Source: Delftia acidovorans NBRC 14950
GTDB lineage: Bacteria; Pseudomonadota; Gammaproteobacteria; Burkholderiales; Burkholderiaceae_C
NCBI RefSeq assembly: GCF_001598795.1
Contig: NZ_BCZP01000025.1
Location: 48,595 to 80,594 of the forward strand
Direction of reading: 5' to 3'
Length of the DNA stretch: 32,000 bases
The notes below the pieces were generated by a model, which was not told where the DNA came from, made no database searches, and saw only the letters and a list, made by a program, of their open reading frames with translations. A program made the position numbers and the translations under genes. Positions 24,909-32,000 of the stretch are shown piece by piece; the stretch's first letter is position 1, and each line of letters begins with the position of its first letter.

Positions 24909-25889
24909 CTACTCGGCGGTAATCCCCCGCGCCTTGACCAGATCGGCCCAGCGCCGGGCGTCCTTTTGCACCAGGGCCTTGAACTCGGCCGGCGTGCTGC
25001 CGGCCGGATCCATGCCCTGGGGCGCGAAGGCATGCCGGACTTCATCCGACGCCAAAATCGCGCGGATCTCGCGATTGAGGGCATCGACCTGGTCCGCCGG
25101 CATGCCGGCCGGCGCAAACACGCCGTACCACATATCCACGTTCACATCGCCCGCCTTGGCCTCCTTGAGCGTGGGCACATCGGGCAGCAGCGGGTGGCGC
25201 CGCTGGCTGCCAATGCCCAGCGCGCGCAGCTTGCCGGCCTTCACATGCGTCAATGCCACATGAATGGGCAGGAACATGCATTCCACCTGGCCGCCCAGCA
25301 GGTCCGTCAGCGCCGGCCCTGTTCCGCGATACGGGATGTGCGTGATCGACACCCCGGCCGTGCTCTTGAAAAGCTCCATCGCCATATGGTGCGGAGTGCC
25401 CACTCCCGGCGACGCGTAATTGATGCGGCCCGGCGAGGCCTTGGCGGCCTTCACCAGATCGGCCGCCGTCTGATAGGCCGAGGCCGTGGGCGTCACCAAA
25501 ATCAACTGCCCCCAACTGGTCAGCGTCACAGGTTCGAGGTCTGTCAGCGGATTGAATGGCAATTTGGGATACAGCGATGCATTCATCACCAGGGTATTCA
25601 CTGTCACCAAAAGCGTCTGGCCATTGGCGGGCGAGCGCACAACGGCCTCGGTGCCGATATTTCCAGAGGCGCCCGGCTTGTTCTCCACCACCACGGGCCG
25701 GCCCTGGCGCTTGGCCAGCAAAGGTCCGATGGTTCGCGCTATCGTGTCGATTCCAGTCCCCGGAGTGAAAGGCACAATCAATTTCAGAGGCACACTCTCG
25801 GTACTGGCGATGGCACCTGCTACGGGTAAACCCAATACTCCCAATCCGCTCGTCTTCAAAAATTGCCGTCTGCCAACAAAATTTCGCAT
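24909..25889 (-). CDS. Bug-family (TctC-like) periplasmic solute-binding protein, orphan
   Basis: ORF 24909..25913 was trimmed to the ATG giving MRNFVGRRQFLKTSGLG (Tat-like RRxFL). IVPFTPGTGID, VENKPGASGNIG, ANGQTLL, YRGTGPALTDLLGGQV are family signatures. It ends 35 nt upstream of the monooxygenase. Confidence 0.85.
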   Translation of the reverse strand: MRNFVGRRQFLKTSGLGVLGLPVAGAIASTESVPLKLIVPFTPGTGIDTIARTIGPLLAKRQGRPVVVENKPGASGNIGTEAVVRSPANGQTLLVTVNTLVMNASLYPKLPFNPLTDLEPVTLTSWGQLILVTPTASAYQTAADLVKAAKASPGRINYASPGVGTPHHMAMELFKSTAGVSITHIPYRGTGPALTDLLGGQVECMFLPIHVALTHVKAGKLRALGIGSQRRHPLLPDVPTLKEAKAGDVNVDMWYGVFAPAGMPADQVDALNREIRAILASDEVRHAFAPQGMDPAGSTPAEFKALVQKDARRWADLVKARGITAE

Positions 25890-25964
25890 GTAGACCTCTT
25901 TTGTAGTTAGCATGCAAACGCATGGTAATCATGCACCAAAATGGGCACAATTGGTGGAAATCGA

Positions 25965-25998
25965 ATGAATACTGGACACTTCTGCAAGAATACTAGAC
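25965..25998. promoter_or_regulatory. Candidate operator: direct repeats GAATACTGGAC / GAATACTAGAC spaced 21 bp
   Basis: Repeats at 25967-25977 and 25988-25998 lie in the AT-rich divergent region between the Bug/monooxygenase operon and MarR (ATG 26003). A 13/14 match of ATGAATACTGGACA recurs at 26633-26646. Confidence 0.4.
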
Positions 25999-26002
25999 GC
26001 AT

Positions 26003-26551
26003 ATGGACACGATGACGCCTGCACCACTGCCGCTATATCAGCGCCCTGGCTTTTTGCTGCGGCGCGCCCACCAGATTTCGGTCGGCATTTTTGAAGAGCA
26101 ATGCCGCCCCCTGGGACTGACGCCGCCACAGTACGGCGCCCTGGTCCTGATCGACGCCTCCCCCGGCTCCGACCAAAGCTCCCTGGCGCGCGCCATGGGC
26201 TTTGACAAGGTGACCACGCTGCGCCTGGTGCGCGGGCTGGAAGAGCGCGAATACGTGCACCGCGCCCTGAGCACGCGTGACCGCCGCCAGCACGAACTGA
26301 CGCTGACCGACAAGGGCCGCGCCCTTCTGGCTGCCAGCGTGCCGCTGGTGGACCAGGCCTACCACCGCTTGGTGTCCCCGCTGGAAGACGGCGAGCTGCA
26401 GGAGCTGCTGCGCCTGCTGGCCAAGCTGGAGTCCGGCCTGGGCGCCAATGCCCGCGTGAAGCTGGAGCCGCTGCGCAAGCCCGGCGCCCGCTCCGTTCAG
26501 ACCCCGGCTCCTGCCGACGACGCCCGCCTGCCGGCCACCGGCACGGACTGA
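26003..26551 (+). CDS. MarR-family transcriptional regulator
   Basis: 182 aa. PGFLLRRAHQ, GLTPPQYGALVLI, DQSSLARAMGFDKVTTLRLVRGLEEREYV, DRRQHELTLT. The C-terminal tail is Pro/Ala-rich. Confidence 0.85.
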   Translation: MDTMTPAPLPLYQRPGFLLRRAHQISVGIFEEQCRPLGLTPPQYGALVLIDASPGSDQSSLARAMGFDKVTTLRLVRGLEEREYVHRALSTRDRRQHELTLTDKGRALLAASVPLVDQAYHRLVSPLEDGELQELLRLLAKLESGLGANARVKLEPLRKPGARSVQTPAPADDARLPATGTD

Positions 26552-26570
26552 GCCGCTGACCGCCTGAACC

Positions 26571-26608
26571 AGCATGGCCTGCGCCTGCCGCAGGCCATGC
26601 TCTTTTTT
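26571..26608 (+). terminator. Rho-independent terminator after MarR
   Basis: Perfect 13-bp stem AGCATGGCCTGCG / CGCAGGCCATGCT (26571-26583 and 26589-26601), loop CCTGC, then CTTTTTT. Confidence 0.85.
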
Positions 26609-26741
26609 GCGCCAGCCTGTGCAAAAACGCACATGAATACTGCACATATCTCCATTGCTTGCGAAAAACCGCACAGCTACCATGCGATGAACGCCCGGCG
26701 CACGCATGCCGGGCTGACACCACCGCAACAGGAGACAAGCC

Positions 26742-28265
26742 ATGAATGCATCCACGTCCGCCAAGGTTTTGGCGCCCACGGTCAAGCTGCTGATCAACGG
26801 CAAGCTGGTCGAATCCCAAAGCACCCAATGGCGCGATGTGGTCAACCCGGCCACGCAGGAAGTGCTGGCCCGCGTGCCCTTTGCCACGCCCGACGAGGTC
26901 AACGCCGCCGTCGCCAACGCCAGGGAAGCCTTCAAGACCTGGCGCAAGACCCCCATTGGCCAGCGCGCCCGCATCTTCCTGAAGCTGCAGCAGCTGATCC
27001 GCGAGAACATGAAGGAGCTGGCCGCCCTGCTGACCGCAGAACAGGGCAAGACCCTGCCTGACGCGGAGGGCGACGTCTTCCGCGGCCTGGAAGTGGTGGA
27101 GCATGCAGCCAACATCGGCTCGCTGCAGCTGGGCGAGCTGGCCAACAACGTGGCCAACGGCGTGGACACCTATTCCGTGCTGCAGCCCCTGGGCGTGTGC
27201 GCGGGCATCACCCCCTTCAACTTCCCGGCCATGATTCCGCTGTGGATGTTCCCCATGGCCATTGCCACGGGCAACACCTTCGTGCTCAAGCCCTCCGAGC
27301 AGGACCCCATGGTCACCATGCGCCTGTGCGAGCTGGCCCTGGAAGCCGGCATTCCACCCGGCGTGCTCAACGTGGTGCACGGCGGTGAGGACGTGGTCAA
27401 CGCCATCTGCGACCACCCCGACATCAAGGCCATCAGCTTCGTGGGTTCCACCAAGGTCGGCACCCATGTCTACAACCGTGCCAGCCTGGCCGGCAAGCGC
27501 GTGCAATGCATGATGGGCGCCAAGAACCACGCCATCGTCATGCCTGACGCCAACAAAGAGCAAACGCTCAACGCCCTGCTGGGCGCAGCCTTCGGCGCGG
27601 CAGGCCAGCGCTGCATGGCGCTGTCGGTGGCCGTGCTGGTGGGCGATGCACAGAAGTGGATTCCCGAGCTGGTCGAAAAGTCCAAGACCCTGAAGGTCAG
27701 CGGCGGCACCGAGCCCGGCACCGACGTGGGCCCGCTGGTGTCCTGCGCGGCGCTGTCGCGTGTGGAAAGCCTGATCGAACGCGGCCTGGCCGACGGCGCC
27801 AAGCTGGAGCTGGACGGCCGCAAGCCCCAGGTGGCCGGCTACGACAAGGGCAACTTCGTCGGCCCCACCGTGTTCAGCGGCGTCAAGCCCGGCATGAGCG
27901 TGTATGACCAGGAAATCTTCGGCCCCGTGCTCTGCCTGGCGGCTGCCGACAGCCTGGACGAGGCCATCGAGTTCATCAACGCCAACCCCAACGGCAACGG
28001 CACGGCCATCTTCACGCAGTCGGGCGCCGCGGCGCGCAAGTTCCAGGAAGACATCGACGTGGGCCAGGTCGGCATCAACGTGCCGATTCCCGTGCCGGTT
28101 CCGCTGTTCTCCTTCACGGGCAGCCGCGCCTCCAAGCTGGGCGACCTGGGCCCCTACGGCAAGCAGGTCGTGCTGTTCTACACGCAGACCAAGACCGTCA
28201 CGGCGCGCTGGTTCGACGACAGCACCACCAGCCAGGGCGTGAACACCACCATCAGCCTGCGCTGA
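26742..28265 (+). CDS. mmsA: Methylmalonate-semialdehyde dehydrogenase (CoA-acylating)
   Basis: 507 aa. [50 protein letters not shown] (catalytic Cys), EIFGPVL, and [23 protein letters not shown], which is typical of MMSDH. AGGAGA Shine-Dalgarno. Confidence 0.9.
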   Translation: MNASTSAKVLAPTVKLLINGKLVESQSTQWRDVVNPATQEVLARVPFATPDEVNAAVANAREAFKTWRKTPIGQRARIFLKLQQLIRENMKELAALLTAEQGKTLPDAEGDVFRGLEVVEHAANIGSLQLGELANNVANGVDTYSVLQPLGVCAGITPFNFPAMIPLWMFPMAIATGNTFVLKPSEQDPMVTMRLCELALEAGIPPGVLNVVHGGEDVVNAICDHPDIKAISFVGSTKVGTHVYNRASLAGKRVQCMMGAKNHAIVMPDANKEQTLNALLGAAFGAAGQRCMALSVAVLVGDAQKWIPELVEKSKTLKVSGGTEPGTDVGPLVSCAALSRVESLIERGLADGAKLELDGRKPQVAGYDKGNFVGPTVFSGVKPGMSVYDQEIFGPVLCLAAADSLDEAIEFINANPNGNGTAIFTQSGAAARKFQEDIDVGQVGINVPIPVPVPLFSFTGSRASKLGDLGPYGKQVVLFYTQTKTVTARWFDDSTTSQGVNTTISLR

Positions 28266-28326
28266 TGCACGGGTGGGCGGGCCTGGATTGATCCGGGGCA
28301 GGCCCCGGCTCTGGGATGATGGCGGC

Positions 28327-28728
28327 ATGCGTTTTCCAATGACCGCCTCCCTCTCCCGGGGCCTGGGTGTCGCCTTGCTCACCGCCCTGACCGCCCTGCC
28401 CCTGACCCTTCACGCGCAGGCCGGTGCAGCCTGCGACCCGGCCTCCACCGCCGCCGCCAGCCGCAATGCCTGCGCGGTCCAGGCCTTCCAGGAGGCCGAC
28501 ACCGCGCTCAACATCCGCTACCTGGACGTCATGCAGCAACTGCCCCAGGGCAAGCGCACGGGCCTGCGCCACGACCAGAACGGCTGGATCAAGGGCCGCA
28601 CGGCACGCTGCAAGGCCGCCACGCGCGACAGCGAAACCCAGCCCGAAGGACCGCGCCTGTACCACGAATGCCTCACGGCCGCGACACAGGAGCGCATGCA
28701 GGCGCTGGAGCGCTGGCTGCAGCACTGA
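28327..28728 (+). CDS. DUF1311 / LprI-like secreted protein
   Basis: ORF 28273..28728 was trimmed to ATG 28327, giving 133 aa. Signal peptide ending LHAQA, then C..........C...A...AD..LN..Y......L........L...Q..W...R...C and a C-terminal R...L..W pattern typical of DUF1311. Confidence 0.65.
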   Translation: MRFPMTASLSRGLGVALLTALTALPLTLHAQAGAACDPASTAAASRNACAVQAFQEADTALNIRYLDVMQQLPQGKRTGLRHDQNGWIKGRTARCKAATRDSETQPEGPRLYHECLTAATQERMQALERWLQH

Positions 28729-28801
28729 CCGCCGCACGCCCCCCACAGCCACCCCCAGAACAACAAGGGCCCCAGAGCCCAACGCAGGAGACAAGCCAGC
28801 C

Positions 28802-29968
28802 ATGGACTTCGAACTCAACGACGACCAGCGCGCCTTTGCCGAATCGGCCCGCGCCTTTGCCCAGGCCGAACTCGCGCCCCATGCCGCGCACTGGGACCGT
28901 GAATCCATCTTCCCGCGCGAGGCCATCGCCAAGGCGGGCGAACTGGGCTTTTGCGGCCTGTACGCGCCCGAGAACGCCGGCGGCCTGCAACTGCCGCGCC
29001 TTGACGCCACCATGGTCTTCGAGGAACTGGCCGCCGTCGATCCCTCCACCACCGCCTTCATCACCATCCACAACATGGCCACCTGGATGCTGGGCACCTG
29101 GGCCACCGACGCCGTGCGCGCCGAATGGGGCGAGGCCCTGACCAGCGGCCGCAAGCTGGCCAGCTACTGCCTGACCGAACCCGGCGCGGGCTCGGACGCC
29201 GGCTCGCTCAAGACCCGGGCCGAACTGGCGGGCCATGAATACATCATCAACGGCGCCAAGGCCTTCATCAGCGGCGCGGGCAGCACCGACATGCTGGTGC
29301 TGATGGCCAGAACGGGCGACGCAGGCTCGGGCGCCAGCGGCATCTCCGCCTTTGCCGTGCCCGCCGACCTGCCCGGCATCAGCTACGGCAAGAAGGAAGA
29401 AAAAATGGGCTGGAACAGCCAGCCCACGCGCGTCATCAGCTTCGACAACGTGCGCATCCCGGCCCAGAACCTGCTGGGCCGCGAGGGCGAAGGCTTCAAG
29501 ATCGCCATGAAGGGCCTGGACGGCGGGCGCATCAACATCGCCACCTGCTCCGTGGGCGCCGCCCAGGGCGCGCTGACCCAGGCCCAGCAGTACATGCACG
29601 AGCGCAAGCAGTTCGGCAAGCCCATCGCCAGCTTCCAGGCGCTGCAGTTCAAGCTGGCCGACATGGCCACCGAACTCGTGGCCGCTCGCCAGATGGTGCG
29701 CCTGGCCGCCTCCAAGCTCGATGCCGGCGCACGCGACGCCTCCACCTACTGCGCCATGGCCAAGCGCTTTGCCACCGATGCCGGCTTCATGGTCTGCAAC
29801 GAAGCCCTGCAGCTGCACGGCGGCTACGGCTACATCCGCGAATACCCGTTGGAGCGCCTCATGCGCGATGCCCGCGTGCACCAGATCCTCGAAGGCACGA
29901 ACGAAATCATGCGCGTCATCATCGCGCGGCGCATGCTGGAAGGCGATGCGCCGGACATGATCCGCTGA
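28802..29968 (+). CDS. Acyl-CoA dehydrogenase (isobutyryl-CoA dehydrogenase-like)
   Basis: ORF 28424..29968 was trimmed to ATG 28802, giving 388 aa. YCLTEPGAGSDA, GWNSQPT, QFGKPIASFQALQFKLADM, LQLHGGYGYIREYPLERLMRDARVHQILEGTNEIMR. Valine-catabolic context supports the call. Confidence 0.9.
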   Translation: MDFELNDDQRAFAESARAFAQAELAPHAAHWDRESIFPREAIAKAGELGFCGLYAPENAGGLQLPRLDATMVFEELAAVDPSTTAFITIHNMATWMLGTWATDAVRAEWGEALTSGRKLASYCLTEPGAGSDAGSLKTRAELAGHEYIINGAKAFISGAGSTDMLVLMARTGDAGSGASGISAFAVPADLPGISYGKKEEKMGWNSQPTRVISFDNVRIPAQNLLGREGEGFKIAMKGLDGGRINIATCSVGAAQGALTQAQQYMHERKQFGKPIASFQALQFKLADMATELVAARQMVRLAASKLDAGARDASTYCAMAKRFATDAGFMVCNEALQLHGGYGYIREYPLERLMRDARVHQILEGTNEIMRVIIARRMLEGDAPDMIR

Positions 29969-29991
29969 TCCATCCACAGCCAGTCCACGCC

Positions 29992-30456
29992 ATGCCCGCC
30001 CGCCCGCTCTCCGACACCACGCTGCACCTCATAGACGCCGTGCGCGAAGCCCTGGCCGGCTGCGACGACGTGCAGGAAAAGCGCATGTTCGGCTGCCATG
30101 TCTTCATGGTCAACGGCAAGCTGTGCCTGGGCGTGGAAGACGACGAACTGCTGGTGCGCCTGCCGCCCTCGCAGCACGCGGCCGTGGCCGAGACGCCGGG
30201 CCTGCGCCCGCTCTCGTCCAAGGGCCAGATGGACGGCTACTTCTTCATCGGCCCCGCCGCCTACGCCACGCGCCAGCAATGGCAGCACTGGATTGCCCAG
30301 GCCCTGGCCTTCAACCCCCACGCCAAGGCCACGCCCCCAAAAAAGCGCAAGGCCCAGGCCAGCGAACCCGCGCCCGCCGACGCAAAGACACCGCCAGCGC
30401 CGCCCGCCCCGGCCGGGCGCCGCACACGCAAGCACCCCATCTTCGGCGACGAATAA
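29992..30456 (+). CDS. TfoX N-terminal-domain-like protein with basic Pro/Lys-rich tail
   Basis: 154 aa. V.EKRMFGCHVFMVNGKLCLGVEDDELLVRL resembles the TfoX_N core. The tail is KATPPKKRKAQASEPAPADAKTPPAPPAPAGRRTRK. No obvious Shine-Dalgarno. Confidence 0.6.
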   Translation: MPARPLSDTTLHLIDAVREALAGCDDVQEKRMFGCHVFMVNGKLCLGVEDDELLVRLPPSQHAAVAETPGLRPLSSKGQMDGYFFIGPAAYATRQQWQHWIAQALAFNPHAKATPPKKRKAQASEPAPADAKTPPAPPAPAGRRTRKHPIFGDE

Positions 30457-30478
30457 GCCCCCTTTGCAGGAGAGCCCC

Positions 30479-30946
30479 ATGCCCATCCGCATCGTCCAGC
30501 TAGGCAGCCCCCGCCACGCCGATGAAGGCCTGCGCATAGGCACCGTGCGCCGCCCGCCGCGCGGCGTGCCCAAGGCCGAATTCGCCAGCCGCGACTACTA
30601 CGACGTCTGGTACCCCGAACTCTCGCCCCAGCCCGACACCATGCACACCGCGCTCGAATCGCACCGGCTGCAGGACCACGGCCAGCAGGCCGAGGCAGAC
30701 AAGCTCTGGCAGCAATTCGTGCGCAAATTCCGCAAGGAAATGGCCGAGCCCGCCGCCAGCCGCACGCTGGACCTGCTGGCCGCCCTCTCGCAGCACAGCG
30801 CCTTTGCCATCGGCTGCTACTGCGAGCAGGAGGCGCGCTGCCATCGCGGCATCCTGCGCTCCCTGCTCAAGGAACGTGGCGCCGACATTGCCAATGGCGA
30901 CACGAACACTGGCGACACCAACGTCACCAGCGACACCGGCCACTGA
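30479..30946 (+). CDS. DUF488 family protein
   Basis: ORF 30098..30946 was trimmed to ATG 30479 with AGGAGAG upstream, giving 155 aa. G.RI.TVRR.PRGV.K, W.P.LSP, F...F..EM, and A..CYCE....CHR..L match the DUF488 pattern. The C-terminus carries GDTN-type short repeats. Confidence 0.7.
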   Translation: MPIRIVQLGSPRHADEGLRIGTVRRPPRGVPKAEFASRDYYDVWYPELSPQPDTMHTALESHRLQDHGQQAEADKLWQQFVRKFRKEMAEPAASRTLDLLAALSQHSAFAIGCYCEQEARCHRGILRSLLKERGADIANGDTNTGDTNVTSDTGH

Positions 30947-30983
30947 GACACACCACAAGCTTCACAACACAGGAGACAAGCAC

Positions 30984-31880
30984 ATGCAGATCGCATTCAT
31001 CGGACTCGGCAACATGGGCGGCCCCATGGCCATCAACCTGCACAAGGCAGGCCACACGGTCAAGGCCTTCGACCTCGCCAAGGACGCCTGCGCCAAGGTC
31101 GCTGCAGAGGGCGTGAGCATTGCCCCCAGCGCCGAAGACGCCGTGCAGGGCGCCGAAGCCGTGGTCTCCATGCTGCCCGCCAGCCAGCACGTGGAAGGCC
31201 TCTTCCTCGGCCGTGACGGCGCGGCCGGCCTGCTGCAGCGCATTGCCAAGGGCGCGCTCATCATCGACAGCTCCACCATCGCCGCCGCCACCAGCCAAAA
31301 GGTCGCCAAGGCCGCCCAGGCCGCAGGCATCGCCTTCATCGACGCCCCCGTCTCCGGCGGCACGGGCGGCGCCATTGCTGGCACCCTCACCTTCATGGTG
31401 GGCGGCAGCAACGCCGACCTGGAACGCGCCCGCCCCCTGCTCGAAAAAATGGGCGCAAACATCTTCCACGCCGGCGCCGTGGGCGCGGGCCAGACCGCCA
31501 AGATCTGCAACAACATGCTGCTGGGCATCCTCATGATCGGCACCAGCGAAGCCATCGCCCTGGGCGTGGCCAACGGCCTGGACCCCAAGGTCCTCAGCGA
31601 AATCATGCGCCGCAGCTCGGGCGGCAACTGGGCCCTGGAAAAATACAACCCCTTCCCCGGCGTCCACGAAAACGCCCCCGCCTCCAAGAACTACGCAGGC
31701 GGCTTCGGCACCGACCTCATGCTCAAGGACCTGGGCCTGGCCCAGGAAAACGCCATGGCCGTCAAGGCCTCCACGCCCCTGGGAGGCATGGCCCGCGCCA
31801 TGTACGCCATGCACTCCATCGCCGGCAACGGCGCCCTGGACTTCTCCAGCGTCATCCGCTCCCTGCAAAAGAACGGCTGA
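30984..31880 (+). CDS. mmsB: 3-hydroxyisobutyrate dehydrogenase
   Basis: ORF 30804..31880 was trimmed to ATG 30984, giving 298 aa. IAFIGLGNMGGPMA, IDSSTI, DAPVSGG..GA..GTLTFMVGG, GAGQ.AKICNN are motifs of the beta-hydroxyacid dehydrogenase family. AGGAGA Shine-Dalgarno. Confidence 0.9.
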   Translation: MQIAFIGLGNMGGPMAINLHKAGHTVKAFDLAKDACAKVAAEGVSIAPSAEDAVQGAEAVVSMLPASQHVEGLFLGRDGAAGLLQRIAKGALIIDSSTIAAATSQKVAKAAQAAGIAFIDAPVSGGTGGAIAGTLTFMVGGSNADLERARPLLEKMGANIFHAGAVGAGQTAKICNNMLLGILMIGTSEAIALGVANGLDPKVLSEIMRRSSGGNWALEKYNPFPGVHENAPASKNYAGGFGTDLMLKDLGLAQENAMAVKASTPLGGMARAMYAMHSIAGNGALDFSSVIRSLQKNG

Positions 31881-31912
31881 CCGCCAGGCTCAGGCCAGCG
31901 GGCAATGCCCTG

Positions 31913-31936
31913 CACCCGCACCCGCACCCGCACCCG
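31913..31936. repeat. Hexanucleotide microsatellite (CACCCG)x4
   Basis: Four perfect tandem CACCCG units lie immediately 5' of repeat copy B. Confidence 0.9.
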
Positions 31937-31951
31937 CCCCCCTCAATCCCG

Positions 31952-32000
31952 TATGCCCGCGCCTGCGTCGGGCCGCCTGCGGGGTTGCAGTCCTGCCGCA
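31952..32000. repeat. Structured repeat element, copy B (truncated by window end)
   Basis: TATGCCCGCGCCTGCGTCG (31952-31970) is identical to 23275-23293, and GGTTGCAGTCCTG (31983-31995) is identical to 23306-23318. The 12 nt between them are diverged. Like copy A, it begins about 70 nt after a plus-strand stop codon. Confidence 0.75.

Noticed and set aside
25929-28382. 817-aa minus-strand ORF spanning the MarR and mmsA region.
   Set aside because: It is antisense to two plus-strand genes with unmistakable family motifs (MarR wHTH and MMSDH catalytic blocks). Its translation is Ala/Gly/Arg-rich low-complexity, typical of GC-driven open frames.
26729-30981. Identical 12-mer CAGGAGACAAGC upstream of mmsA, the acyl-CoA dehydrogenase gene and mmsB, considered as a regulatory motif.
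   Set aside because: It is positioned as the Shine-Dalgarno (AGGAGA) plus spacer, 1-5 nt from each start codon. A near-identical context (CAGGAGACAGAC) precedes the unrelated Bug gene at 22168. It is most simply a lineage-typical translation-initiation context, so it is used only as supporting evidence for start sites.

Overview
This is a high-GC segment (roughly two-thirds G+C by eye, not computed) that looks like beta-proteobacterial chromosome. It is probably Burkholderiales/Comamonadaceae-like, an inference from two orphan Bug/TctC-type binding proteins, recurrent AGGAGA Shine-Dalgarno contexts, and a strong GC3 bias that creates many long spurious antisense ORFs. I can support about 33 CDSs and found no rRNA, tRNA, CRISPR array, integrase or transposase.

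Gene order:
1. TonB-dependent receptor 3' end plus a BtuF-like binding protein, then ybjQ.
2. A ~1.5 kb low-GC islet with two orphan genes, next to an H-NS-like gene.
3. A minus-strand four-gene cassette: AurF-family diiron oxygenase, PDR/PaaE-type FNR-[2Fe-2S] reductase (ATGA-coupled to the oxygenase), stand-alone class-I glutamine amidotransferase, and an ABM monooxygenase.
4. A 518-bp low-GC divergent region with 12-bp tandem repeats, followed by a divergent SHMT paralog.
5. A MocR regulator divergent from a benE-yggS-(class III aminotransferase)-glyA-like operon.
6. A patatin lipoprotein, then LysR and MarR regulators.
7. A canonical 3-hydroxybenzoate/gentisate operon (hydroxylase, gentisate dioxygenase, fumarylpyruvate hydrolase, maleylpyruvate isomerase, Bug binding protein).
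8. A heavily structured repeat element.
9. A convergent Bug plus FAD-monooxygenase pair with its own divergent MarR.
10. A valine-catabolic mmsA / acyl-CoA dehydrogenase / mmsB operon interrupted by DUF1311, TfoX-N-like and DUF488 genes.

The best candidate for an undescribed system is 4047-7303: an AurF-like diiron oxygenase with a dedicated reductase, a GATase and an ABM protein. It may be functionally tied to the PLP-rich neighbourhood up to 15568, which holds two SHMT paralogs, MocR, YggS, an aminotransferase and a BenE transporter. All functional calls rest on motif and family recognition by eye; no database search was run.
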